This document shows, one piece after another, positions 31,215-42,386 of a DNA stretch of 64,000 nt. A program made the position numbers and the translations under genes. The notes under the pieces were generated by a model that was given only the letters and a program-made list of their open reading frames with translations, was not told the DNA's origin and made no database searches. This DNA comes from an uncultured bacterium (lineage in GTDB: Bacteria > Margulisbacteria > WOR-1 > CAVSGV01). The stretch lies in assembly GCA_963768305.1 (NCBI GenBank), contig CAVYHE010000003.1, forward strand, positions 276,253 through 340,252. Reading direction: 5' to 3'. How positions within the stretch are numbered: position 1 is the stretch's first letter; each line of letters opens with the position of its first letter.

Positions 31215-34200
31215 ATGAGTAAACACGGGCAAAACAATCAAAAAGGAGTATTCGCCCAAAATTGGGCTGCTCTGTCATTGTTTCTCCAATTCTATAAAGA
31301 TCCGAAGTTTTCGTACATTCAACTTGAACCAAACACTTCGGAAGATTTTGATCTCGTCTTTAATGATGGGAAAAAGATTGTTTGCGAAACAAAATACAGG
31401 ATAAAGAAGTTCAATTATGCAGATTTAAAGCTTTTACTTTCAAAGATATTGGACCGGAAATCGATATCAGAGCAGGATGAAATATTAATAGTTTGTCGAT
31501 CTGTTAATGAAACCTTAGCTTCGGATGTCAAAAATATCAGATTCTTTAATCGTTTAGAAGAGAAATTCCTAGAGAAGAATTTTAATAAGCAAATGATAGG
31601 ATTGATTCCAAGGGTTAGTTTTTGGGTTATTAATAAATCGTTACATAAGGACATTAATTTACCATTAATATCACAAGCAATAAATCTATGGCTTCCCCAA
31701 CAAGACCTGAAGAAATTTACCGACCATATTATGCAAGATAAAATAATGCGATTGTCGACGCAAGGAAGAGCGTATAGCCGAAATGATTTTAATAATGAAA
31801 TCAACAATCTAAATGCATATGTCTTGCAAAGCAGCGATAAGTTCAATAAAAGGTTAACACGAAAAGAGAAACAATTCAAAATGTTGGAAGACGATGTAAA
31901 CAGGAACAAAGGGATTAAGTGGGGAACGGCCTCATCATCCGCCATTTCTGCTCAATGGGATTTAATGTCTTTTGTTTTAACAAAATTAAGGAAGAGAAAC
32001 GATCTTGATCTCAAGAAATGGGATGATTTGTGGCAACTCAAAAGTGCTTTTCAGTTTATTTATACCGTTTTCGATATCTTTAAAAATAATATGGGGACTG
32101 AACAAAATATGACATATATCCTTGGATATATTCAAAGAGATATCAAGGGAATACGTGGTTTCTATGGCCATTCGGACTTCTTTAATCATGGAGTTGTTGA
32201 GCTTGTGACAAAGATAATTGATGCCCCAAGCGGGCATAAATATCTGAAAGAAGCATTTGCCATTGTTAAATATCTTATTAATTTCAATAAAGATGAATAT
32301 TTCTATCTTAAAGATCGCGACCAGGATCGGGGCCAGTGGGAAAAGGAAGAAATATGTAAGTTAATAACGAAGATATATAAAATTGCCCCCCCTGAGATTA
32401 AGGAATCTGTTTTCCAGCTAATTACATCGGGATTTAACCTCACGGAAGACGAAGGTGAATTTAGCCATTATGCGCCAAGAGAAGCTTTCGAAATTATCAG
32501 GGAGTGGTTAAATGAAGATTTTGTTAATAGAATCACTCCGCTAGTAAATATAATTGTAGATCAATATAAAAGGTTTTATAAGAAGTTTGGGAAAAATATT
32601 GAATTTAAAGGCTGGGAGCTTATGGGCGGTGGAGTCGGAATCTGGGAGGGGAATTATCGTGTTTCAGATCGTCATTTTATTGAATATATCTTGTCACCAG
32701 CTATCAGAAAATATTATGAATCAAATAAAGCTGCCGGTTGGCAATTAATACTAGATAAGTTTATTAGTAAGACAGCACAAGTTAGTTCTCACCAACCTGA
32801 TTTCTTAAATAGAGCCGTTTTCGATATTGTATGCGAAAGATATGCAGAAGGAGATGAAAATTCTAATCGCCAAGCTTTCAAGATTCTTAAAGAGTTCATT
32901 CTTTCCCCCAAAGGGATTCCACATAAATCCGAACTAATCTATCAGAACATAGATCGCCCAACAATGTCTGACGAAAAGAAATGGAAGCTGGTTAAGATTA
33001 TGACCGATAAATATGACATTCCTGCCAATCCTTTTATTGAGCCAATAGTTGCTGGACTAGTAAAGAAAGGGCATCCCAAAGCCAAACAGTTATTAATAGG
33101 GTGGTTTATGAACCCGAAATTCTATCCTCGATTCCCTTTTGATGGCAGATATATCTCTACAATTAAGGGATTAATTGAAACAAACTTAGATTTATCAATT
33201 GATTTATTTAAAATCATAATGCGGAGTGAATATATTAAAACGGCAAAATCAGAGCATTATGATGTTTATGATGTTGCAAACATATTATTTGAGATATTGA
33301 AAAGAGATTATGTGCAAGGTTTATCCATTATTCGAATGTTGGAATCCGAGAAGGCATTGAGCATCGATCAACAGATTATCTACACTTATAGCTTATGCAA
33401 TTATCGTGGGAATGAAGACTCAGATGATTTAAATCTACTTATTAAAGTGTATGCCGATATTGTTGATCCATTTCTGACAAGGATGCATGATGATATTAAT
33501 TCTATTAACCATGTATTGACTTTTGATAATAGCAGAGAAGCATTAATACAGTTTGCCTCAAGGTTGGCTGCTAAGGGCAAAATCCATGAGGCATTAAGAA
33601 TAGTTAAAGTCTTTTTAGATGATACCGATCCATATCTACCTTCTAACGCCCCAGTGGGTTATAAAATTGAATATAATGAACACCAAAGAATCGAAAGAGG
33701 AGAAGCGCCACTCACAATTACATCTGTGAGAGGATGGTGTGCGTGGACTTTGATGAGATGTTCGGTTTTGTCTGGAAGAGAATACATCCCAATGGTAATT
33801 GAATTTACAAAGAAGTTGATTGAAGACAATAACTATTATGTTGTTCATTTGGCATGTAATGCATTGGCTCACCTAGCTAGAAACCGTCTGACAGTATTGC
33901 CAAAGAATAGTGATATTATGTTCTTTAACGATGATAAGCGAAAAGCTCTGGAAATGGCAAAAGATGTCGAAAAAATTGCTTTTTCACTCCTAGATAGGTT
34001 TGTTGGCTGGCCAACTCCAGTTCAAAAGGCACTTATTAAAGATGTAATATATGTATTTGATAACATTACTCAGCTGAACGAATCAGATGCTACAAAATTA
34101 GTTACCAAATTAATAGGCTTGCCGAAGGAGGCCGTTGCAGAATCTGCCCCATTATTAATATTCTTTGCTGAAACGAGAAGAGATTGTTATGCAAAATGGA

Positions 34201-34844
34201 ACACATATTATCCAGGATTATATGATGATCTTGGACCTGATAAATATAACTCAGACATTTTCAAGAAGATTCTTACTGACACGATTAAATCCTTGATGAA
34301 GGATAATCCCAAAAATTGCTTTCGATTTGCCTCCACTTTTGAACACATGTTGCGTCATGATGTCGAAAGAAAAGCCGACGCCGAGCAATCTACAAAACTG
34401 GGACTGAAATATTTTAGACTTTTGATGGAGCCTTACTCTCATTCAATTTATAACATTATCTTTCAGGTTATTCAAGATAGGATGAAAAATCCGGATAAAT
34501 ATTTAGATGAATGGTTTTTATTGTTCATAGAATGCTTAAATCTCGAAAACAGATACTATGATAATGCGGTTAAAATGGGGAATCTTGAAAAGGTATTTTG
34601 GTTTCCTTCTTTCTATCATTCAGATATATTAGAATTAATCTATAAAGGAATGGGCCAAGATAAATTTATGAGGGCTGCAAAGATATTCTTTAATTTTCCA
34701 AAAGGAATGCAACTAGAAGAATCTTCAAAACTTGTTAATATAATTAAAGAATTATCAAAATCAGATAAAGAAGCGCAAAGGATCATTAAAACTCTAATCA
34801 AAAACAATCCTGGTAAATATTGGGATTTAAAAGAGAAGAAGTAA
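31215..34844 (+). CDS. 1209-aa protein: N-terminal PD-(D/E)xK (Cap4-like) nuclease + long helical region
   Basis: KGVFAQ..EPNTSEDFDL..VCETKY; low GC; no Walker A seen. Confidence 0.65.
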   Translation: MSKHGQNNQKGVFAQNWAALSLFLQFYKDPKFSYIQLEPNTSEDFDLVFNDGKKIVCETKYRIKKFNYADLKLLLSKILDRKSISEQDEILIVCRSVNETLASDVKNIRFFNRLEEKFLEKNFNKQMIGLIPRVSFWVINKSLHKDINLPLISQAINLWLPQQDLKKFTDHIMQDKIMRLSTQGRAYSRNDFNNEINNLNAYVLQSSDKFNKRLTRKEKQFKMLEDDVNRNKGIKWGTASSSAISAQWDLMSFVLTKLRKRNDLDLKKWDDLWQLKSAFQFIYTVFDIFKNNMGTEQNMTYILGYIQRDIKGIRGFYGHSDFFNHGVVELVTKIIDAPSGHKYLKEAFAIVKYLINFNKDEYFYLKDRDQDRGQWEKEEICKLITKIYKIAPPEIKESVFQLITSGFNLTEDEGEFSHYAPREAFEIIREWLNEDFVNRITPLVNIIVDQYKRFYKKFGKNIEFKGWELMGGGVGIWEGNYRVSDRHFIEYILSPAIRKYYESNKAAGWQLILDKFISKTAQVSSHQPDFLNRAVFDIVCERYAEGDENSNRQAFKILKEFILSPKGIPHKSELIYQNIDRPTMSDEKKWKLVKIMTDKYDIPANPFIEPIVAGLVKKGHPKAKQLLIGWFMNPKFYPRFPFDGRYISTIKGLIETNLDLSIDLFKIIMRSEYIKTAKSEHYDVYDVANILFEILKRDYVQGLSIIRMLESEKALSIDQQIIYTYSLCNYRGNEDSDDLNLLIKVYADIVDPFLTRMHDDINSINHVLTFDNSREALIQFASRLAAKGKIHEALRIVKVFLDDTDPYLPSNAPVGYKIEYNEHQRIERGEAPLTITSVRGWCAWTLMRCSVLSGREYIPMVIEFTKKLIEDNNYYVVHLACNALAHLARNRLTVLPKNSDIMFFNDDKRKALEMAKDVEKIAFSLLDRFVGWPTPVQKALIKDVIYVFDNITQLNESDATKLVTKLIGLPKEAVAESAPLLIFFAETRRDCYAKWNTYYPGLYDDLGPDKYNSDIFKKILTDTIKSLMKDNPKNCFRFASTFEHMLRHDVERKADAEQSTKLGLKYFRLLMEPYSHSIYNIIFQVIQDRMKNPDKYLDEWFLLFIECLNLENRYYDNAVKMGNLEKVFWFPSFYHSDILELIYKGMGQDKFMRAAKIFFNFPKGMQLEESSKLVNIIKELSKSDKEAQRIIKTLIKNNPGKYWDLKEKK

Positions 34845-34886
34845 CTACTTTTTTCGCTCCTAGTGCCTCAACCTTAACATGACAGT

Positions 34887-37800
34887 TTATTTCCTAAGAA
34901 AATCAATCTCATCGATCTCTTTCATGATTCTGTATGTTTCTGTCAGGGCAACAATCATTTTCTGATAATGTTCAATATCTTCATTTGATAGTTCCCGGCC
35001 TTTACGGTCCTTAAGCCATTTTTGTGCGGGCTGATAACCGCCGATGTAAAAGTTCCACGCAATTTCCGGCACTTTTCCAAAATATTGCTCTGCATTAATG
35101 TATATCTTGCCATCTTTATAGGTTACCTTTTCAACAGTATCTGAGCCGGAAGCGGGATATGTAGTAATATATTTATCCACTTTAGGAGATTCAAGCAGAT
35201 GTAGTTCCCGCAACTCTGTCCCAAGTTTTACTAACTTTTTGAATGTTTTTGTGTCTTTCGGATATGGCACACGAGGAAAATCTATTTTCAAGAATTCTTT
35301 ATACTTATTACGGTATCTAGGCGAATACAGAACAGCATAAATATAATCATAAATATCTTCCGGATTTGTTTGGCCGATTATACTTTCTATTTTAATGGTA
35401 ATTTCTTTGTTAAGGTTTGATACTCTTTCATCCCCTACAGGGTAAAGATAAAGTGGAAAAACATATGTTTGATCACTAGCAGCATGAATATCGGCAATAG
35501 ATTTAGAAACATATGCCCTATCAAAAGGTTGATTGGCCGGCATTGAACGCGAAGAGAGTAAGGTGATATTATCTCTGCCAACAACATTCACATTTGTTTT
35601 TTCTCTTGGATATGCAATAAAGCCTTTTGAATTTCCACTATATGCTGTGTACCGCACATCAAAAGGACGATAAAGTATTTGTTCAATACTATACTTCTTG
35701 CTCAAATCCTCTTTTGCCCATTCGACTTTCCAATCTCGCCCATCTTCTGGCAATTGGTATTTACTTCTTATTTCTAAATCAGACAATGTTTGGAAATCAT
35801 CAATTACTTTTTTAATGTCCTTTTTTGAAAATTGCACAGTAGTATCATCGCGTTTCGTTTGAATGCCAGAATTGTATTCGTGAAATATTTCAGTTAAAGA
35901 AACCCCGTTTTTATATTGCTCTTCTAGCCCAAAATCCTTAGGAACAAAGAAATAATAAGGATCGTTATATTCAATGTTTTTCCATTTCACCTTTTCTATT
36001 TCGGTTTCACTGAGTATTTCATATTTCGCTTCCCGGCTGCCATATAACTCTGAATGATAAACGACTCCTAGTCCCGTTTTATTTTCGCTTTTGCGGACAA
36101 ATATCGAAATAGCCACTCCTTGTTGTATATCAAATACATTTTTATCTTCTTTATTCAGCTCTTTCTTTCTTGAACTCCCATGAAGATCAAGCACATATAT
36201 CTTTTCAAAGGTTTCAAGCAAATGCTTCCTCATTTGGCGATGTGTAATACCATCCAAGAAAGAGTTATTAGTAATCATTGCAACAATGCCAGTTTTGTTT
36301 TTTTCAATAAAATGCTCTGCAAGTCGAATAAATTTAATATAATCATCATCCAAGTTTATCTTTTTTTCGCCAAGACCTTTTTTGTAATCATCTAGTTTAG
36401 ATAATATCCATGCCCCTTTATTCTTTGATTTTACATTGTAAGGTGGATTACCCATGACCACCATAATCGGAGTTTCATTTTTAATCATATTCTGCCTGCT
36501 TTGGCCTCTTCTGCAATGCTTTCTGCCAAACCAAAAGCAAATCATAGCTTGTTGGTTTGCGCCTTCCTCAAGTGAATTAGTTAAATAAATTCCAAGACGA
36601 TTATTAAACATTCTAAAATCCGATAATTTAAGTGCAATACTTAATTTAAGATGAGCGATAGTATATGGAGTCATCATTAATTCAAAGCCATGTAGACGCG
36701 GCAAAAGGTCATTATGTACATATGCTGGCCAGCTGCCCATCTTGGCCCTGTTCATTTGAGATATTCATATATGTTCCTGAATAGTTTCACTAATAAATGT
36801 CCCTGTGCCGACTGCCGGATCAAGAATTTGCACACGATGTTTCCCATTCGGTAGTTTTGATGCATCAGCAAGCCCATCTCGAAGCTGAAATCTTTTGCAA
36901 AATATGATCAACAGCATCGAACAATAAAATCGAACAACCGGCAATGGTGTATAAAACGCCCCCATTTTCTTATCGAAGTTCAGGATCATATTCTTTTAAA
37001 AAGTCCTCGTAAAAATGAATCACAGGATCTGGTGCATTCTTGTTTACCCACATAATCATCCCTATAAGTACTTCTATTAGTTATTTGAGTTTGCATGATG
37101 AAACAGATATCACAATTCATCAACGATAAACTTAAGCGCTTATCAAAATCGGCCCCGGCGATATGATCAAAAAAATGTCTTAAAAATGGGTTAGATGCGG
37201 GAATTAAATCTCTTGCGCTTCTGACGTGAAAAAGTATCAGGGGTTTCATCGTAATATCTTGCAACAAATAAGCCATAGACTAGAGTTTGGGCATACATAT
37301 CGGCAAAAGCATTCCTGAGTCAGTCGTGAACAAGAGCTTTTTTATCGTTTCATATACACGCAATATCTCTGTATTTTTTTTGAATCTAAATCTGAAGAAA
37401 GATAATGCCTAATATTGTCCCTTATTCTTTGAGCCTTACCTCCCATGATCTTTGCAAGGTGCTCACCTGACTTGATTGGCTCTTTTTGTGATTGTGTAAA
37501 GTCGATAAGGGTTTTCGCGACATGTTCATAATTTTCCGGTAAAGGTGCAATTGAACGTGTCTTAAGGTCATATTCTGCTATTTTTATTGGTTCTTCATAA
37601 CGTTCTCCATTCCTATAAAACCTGAAATTCAAGATAATCCGTAAGAACTAAATTCGTATAGCCATAATATCTTGCCATTTGCTCAGATTTTTCAACTTTA
37701 TCTAATGGAACACCAATATCTTTTGCTTCAATATAGAGAATAGGGACACTATTGTTGATTACGACAAAATCCGGTTTATTCCCTTCTGCTGCTCTTTCAT

Positions 37801-37957
37801 CGTGGCCTATGCGTTGAACCTTTATCGTCTCAAATATTCCGTTTAACAATATTTCAAAATCGGTACGGTAGCCCATCTCGCTTGTTTCTGTGTGGGTAAA
37901 TTTAGAGGCAACAGACTTTAGATATTTGGACATTAAATCTTTTGTATTTTCTGCCAT
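34887..37957 (-). CDS. Type IIG/ISP-like restriction-modification enzyme (N6 MTase + nuclease + TRD; several frameshifts)
   Basis: KPDF..YIEAKD, GAFYTP, ILDPAVGTGTF, GNPPY, GGYQPAQKWLKDRKGR. Confidence 0.85.
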
Positions 37958-38472
37958 TGCTTTGAATTATACGCCCATAAGAAAAGAGAGTAAAGATTAG
38001 AAGTTCTTGCTCCCAGCCTTTTCTGTTTTGAATTTTATCCGTCGCTTTCTGTTGAAAACCACAAAACAGTGTTAATGAAATCGACGGCATCTTCAAGCGA
38101 AAACCCCAATTCCATGAGGAATTCGATTTTTCCCATCATTGTTATCACCTTTGATTAGTATTATTTTGCTCCCCAGCCTTTCCAGTATAGCATTTTACCG
38201 CCTTTTCCCTGTAAAGAGCGCTCACGTTAGGACTTCGTATAAAGCTCTCTGTCCCGAAAAAATCCTCATCCTTGCGGATTTTTTCGGGGATTAGTTCGCG
38301 CTCTCCTCCAGTCGCCCGCCTCCGGCGAGGCTCCTTCCGGCCCTCCGCTCGTTGCGCTCTCTCGCCCATATATTAGCTTTAGGTAGGCTCAATCGCTCCA
38401 CTCGCTTCGGGTGACAGGGGCGGTAAAATGCTGTTCCTTCCTATGTTTTCATTTCATAGGGAGGTGGTTTTC

Positions 38473-39005
38473 ATGTCTCGTTTGGCAGGTGTCATTGGTT
38501 CTCGTTCATTGCCCGCTTCTTTTGCTCCGCTTGTTTCCCGCGTTGTTTCTCTTCTTCTTTCCCGTGGCTACAGCATTGCCTCCGGCGGCGCCGTGGGCGC
38601 TGATTCATTTGCTCTTGAGGCTGTCATTCAGCAGGGGGCGGCTTCACGCGGCATCATTCATTCAGCTTGGGCTTCTGCTTCTGGCTTTCCTAGCGTCCGT
38701 TCAGCCTCAGGTTTCTCGCTTTCATTGCTTCCGGCGGTCAGGTTGTTTGGGGCTCGGCTCAGCCGGGTCAGTCCCGTTCTGCTGTTGTTTCAGCTCTTCT
38801 CGGCAGGAACAGGCGGCTTGTTTCTGCTTCCTCGGTTGTTGTTGCTTTCCTTCACGGCCAGTCTCGCGGCTCTCTTTACACAGTCCGTCAGGCCATTGAG
38901 CAGGGCGTTCCGGTCATTGTGTTCCTTTGCGGCGGCGGGGCGTCTTTGCCGGCTGATTTGGCTTCCAGGTGTTTAGTATTTACGGAAAAGGAGGTGTTAT
39001 TATGA
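38473..39005 (+). CDS. DprA/SLOG family protein (frameshifts ~38690-38725)
   Basis: GVIGSRS, SGGAVGAD, then LLGRNRRLVSAS..SRGSLYTVRQA..GVPVIVF; GGAGG RBS; ATGA overlap with next gene. Confidence 0.78.
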
Positions 39006-39169
39006 GAATTTGCAGAGTGTGCGGTTCATTCCTCGTTCCTTGCAACGAAGGAATAGATCATATCGTCTTCTATCATCCTATCCTTCATAGGCATGTTTAT
39101 ATCTGTCAGACCTGTCTTACAGAGATTCAGAATATCCTCGAGTACGGCTTCCTCGCTCCCTGCGCTTAA
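39002..39169 (+). CDS. Small zinc-finger protein
   Basis: AGGAGG RBS; CRVC..CQTC. Confidence 0.6.
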   Translation: MRICRVCGSFLVPCNEGIDHIVFYHPILHRHVYICQTCLTEIQNILEYGFLAPCA

Positions 39170-39170
39170 C

Positions 39171-39210
39171 CCAAAAGGCCTGATTCATCAAGAAACAGGC
39201 CTCTTTTTGG
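39171..39210 (+). terminator. Rho-independent terminator
   Basis: AGGCCTG..CAGGCCT followed by CTTTTT. Confidence 0.6.
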
Positions 39211-39296
39211 TCGCTACTCAGATTTGTTCTCACATATTACCAAATACATATTTTGTTATATAAAACCGTCATAATTTAAGATAATATTAGTGTACT

Positions 39297-40052
39297 ATGA
39301 AATATGTTTATTTTGACGATAGCATTCATGATAGAGGCGGATTTATTATTGGGGCATTTGTCTCTTTAACAAAAGACCCAGATACTGATCTATCAAATAT
39401 ATTAATCAATAATGGATTTGATCCCAACAATGATGAGTTTAAAAGTAGCACGCATTTTAAAGAATGTCCGAAAATGATTGATGTAAGAGATCAGCTGAAA
39501 TCATATGTTAGAAATAATTGTGGAATAAGTATCATTGTGCTGCCCAGAAAAAATAGAGATAAATTAGGAGCTGAGACTATTAATGCCTTTCATAAAATGG
39601 TTCAATTCAATACAATAAACGATCCGATGAGCATATATTTTGACGAAGGGATATTCAAAAACATTAAAGATGGGCAGAAAATAGCCTCTCAATATTCTTT
39701 TGATAGATGCAACTTTAATTTTAAAACGAGCTCTGTAACATGCAAAGGGATACAGCTTGCCGATTTAGTTGCACATACTTGTTCGGTAATGTTATTAGAT
39801 CAAATGGGCTTGATTAACAAAACAATAAAAGCAGGAGATAATTCTGGATATGCTCCTGACACGGATATTGAATTGGGTTTTGAATTGTGGGCCTCTATAA
39901 GAGGGAATTTCTTTTGCAAGCAGAAAGCCGTTTCGTCTCCTTATTATATAGTTGAGCCATATGGATTATATATTTCTCACTTATGTAGCAACTCCTTATC
40001 AATTAAAGCTCGAGAACGCTTTGGTGAAACATATCGCGGCTGTATTCACTAA
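39297..40052 (+). CDS. DUF3800-like (RNase H fold) protein
   Basis: YVYFDDS, IYFDE, GIQLADLVA. Confidence 0.75.
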   Translation: MKYVYFDDSIHDRGGFIIGAFVSLTKDPDTDLSNILINNGFDPNNDEFKSSTHFKECPKMIDVRDQLKSYVRNNCGISIIVLPRKNRDKLGAETINAFHKMVQFNTINDPMSIYFDEGIFKNIKDGQKIASQYSFDRCNFNFKTSSVTCKGIQLADLVAHTCSVMLLDQMGLINKTIKAGDNSGYAPDTDIELGFELWASIRGNFFCKQKAVSSPYYIVEPYGLYISHLCSNSLSIKARERFGETYRGCIH

Positions 40053-40151
40053 CGCCTGCTTATTTGGATTGACTTGCAGTATCGTTTACCCTAATTCATA
40101 ATGCTGAAAATAAGATAAAGTCAAGGATAGAAAAGGGGTAATGAAAGGAAA

Positions 40152-40733
40152 ATGATGATGCTGGTTTTGATAAAATTAGCAATTTATTTGTTTTCGATAT
40201 TTGTATTTTTTAAAGTCTTATCTTTATATTATGAATATCGTTCAACAATAGTAACGGTTGCTAGCCATAACATTGGGGGGGGAGGCATAGGAACATTTTT
40301 AGGGGAATTAAAATGGAAGTTATTACGCTTTTGGGAAAAATTCAGAGTCTTTGTCCTCTTTATTCTTATTGCATATATTATTTTTGTGGCATTTGGGGAT
40401 TATTGGACACGGATAATTTCATTTGCATTTTCTGTATATACCTTTGTAATTAATAGGGATGCTTTTGATTTGTTAAGTTCTTATGGGTATGAAAAAAACA
40501 AAGATAAGTTAGCGATTGTTGAGAGATATTTATGGACACATTATAAAGATGGCTGTTTTGAGAATTATGATATGGATTTAAGGAAAAGAGTAAATGGGTT
40601 TGATATCTATATAAAGATAGGCAAATATGATGTTGCCACTGAAGAAGCTAAACATAATCTTGAAAAATATGTGAGGGAAGCTTGTGGAATAGTTGGCCTC
40701 AATCTAAAATCAGTTATTGTTAATATTCACTAA
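40152..40733 (+). CDS. Low-GC membrane hypothetical protein
   Basis: 193 aa, about three TM. Confidence 0.6.
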   Translation: MMMLVLIKLAIYLFSIFVFFKVLSLYYEYRSTIVTVASHNIGGGGIGTFLGELKWKLLRFWEKFRVFVLFILIAYIIFVAFGDYWTRIISFAFSVYTFVINRDAFDLLSSYGYEKNKDKLAIVERYLWTHYKDGCFENYDMDLRKRVNGFDIYIKIGKYDVATEEAKHNLEKYVREACGIVGLNLKSVIVNIH

Positions 40734-40796
40734 TGAATGCCTTTGTTACTGTCCAGATCCCATTTGTTTAGCCACTTTTTCAATACAAAATCCCCT

Positions 40797-41843
40797 CCCC
40801 CACCATCATTTTGGGAGAGGTTTGGCGGGCGGCGGCACAACACGAAGACAAATACCGCCGAAGGCGGAGCAGGAGCTTTGGTTCTTTTTTAGCGGGCTTT
40901 ACCCTGAACTTGTCGAAGGATTGGCGGGCGGCAAGACACGAAATTAAATACCGCCGAAGGCGGAGCAGGAATTATGGTCTTTCCCTTTCAAATGTGCGTA
41001 GCACACCTTGATTGCCAGCCCTTCATAGCTCGAAAAGCGAAGGAGAGGTCATTCTCCTTTGGCGAGATTACGGAGAAGGCAACACAGGAACACAACAAAC
41101 GATCACTTGAGGAGTTTCAAGCAAAGCCTTAATTCCTCTCTGGAAACAACCAATTAGAGCAGTCCGACTAGCTTGGTTATCTATGACAATTGCGAATACC
41201 CATCGCTCTTTTTCTTGCGCTGGCAATGGTCATCAACATATTGAGCAAGAGCCACAAGCTGAATGGTTATCATGCAGGTTAGAAATTAGCGTCTTCTTTT
41301 CAAGGATCTCAAGAGCTTCTTTGGTGAGTTGAGTGGTAATAGCTTCAAGCTCCCAGCGTATCTTCAACTCATTGGGTTAGGTTCCTCTGTCTCACATTTG
41401 TATTCATATCCAATGTCATTGATCCTTCGTCTTTCTTTCACGCTAAAGAGCAACATCTGTCTATCAACTGTTTGAATGTATCTGTCTTGTGTTAATTAAT
41501 AAAATATCTAATCTGGTTTGCGCCTGGCCGCGCCTGCTGCGCCCGTGCGTGCGTGCCTGTGTGCTCCAGTCGAGCATAAAGGGATACTGTGAAGTTCCCA
41601 GGTTAGTTCACAGTATCTGATGATCATCCTGAACGGCCCAGATTCAGCTTCTTGCACCCATGAATTGTATTCTGTAGAATGATGCTGACAGTTCGAGGAG
41701 GGGGCTTTAATCCCACATAATTATAGCTGCGAACCGCTGTGTTTTCTAAACCGGCGGTTTTTTCTTTGCGGGAAATAGCGCGGCGGGCGGCGTTTGCCGC
41801 TACCCAAACGCCGCCCGCCGAATGTTCGCCGCGTCGGGACACA
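40797..41843 (-). repeat. Internal inverted intact attP-like copy (P arm + TGG + P' arm, ~1047 bp)
   Basis: Reverse complement matches 43972-44100 + TGG + 24204-25125. Confidence 0.92.
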
Positions 41844-41869
41844 TTGTTGTTTTAGATGAGGTTTGAATT

Positions 41870-42385
41870 TTATTCGCTTTTATCTTTATCGAACATAGCC
41901 CCATAGCTGCCTCTATATCTCGATAATAAATCTCTAGCAAAATTAAAGTTCTTTCTATTGCTATACCATTTCTTCCCAAAAGCATCTTCAATAATAATAT
42001 CTTTTACTTTATTTTCATCATTTTCTAGATATGGCGAATCAAAGCTTATGTATCCATGAGCAGGGATCATTACAGGGAAAACAAGTTTTACGCCATTATT
42101 ATAATAACTATTATATTCGCTTATTTTATTTGACTCTTTATCACGATAAAGCATCCTCATTATCGTCTCGACTTTATTCCCCTGATTAACAAGAACAATT
42201 TGTGCACTCTTTTTATCGGAATATCTTGGAGACGAAGCAATGATAATCTTGATATTGCGACGTTCCTGCCTAAGGGCCAGCCAAAGTGAAACAAATACTG
42301 CAGCCATTGTCCCTATTGCTGATAATGCATGCCAGTTTATGTTGGCCGTCCATATTAGCTTAATCATCTCAATTAAATTAATCAT
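41870..42385 (-). CDS. Hypothetical protein with N-terminal TM
   Basis: 171 aa, starts 1 bp after the HTH gene stop. Confidence 0.65.
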   Translation of the reverse strand: MINLIEMIKLIWTANINWHALSAIGTMAAVFVSLWLALRQERRNIKIIIASSPRYSDKKSAQIVLVNQGNKVETIMRMLYRDKESNKISEYNSYYNNGVKLVFPVMIPAHGYISFDSPYLENDENKVKDIIIEDAFGKKWYSNRKNFNFARDLLSRYRGSYGAMFDKDKSE

Positions 42386-42386
42386 C

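Noticed and set aside
24201..41715. 17.5-kb transposon or linear replicon with 920-bp terminal inverted repeats
   Set aside because: The right copy continues seamlessly into the 128-bp integrase-tail arm, which is better explained as an intact attP; no transposase, terminal protein or target duplication seen
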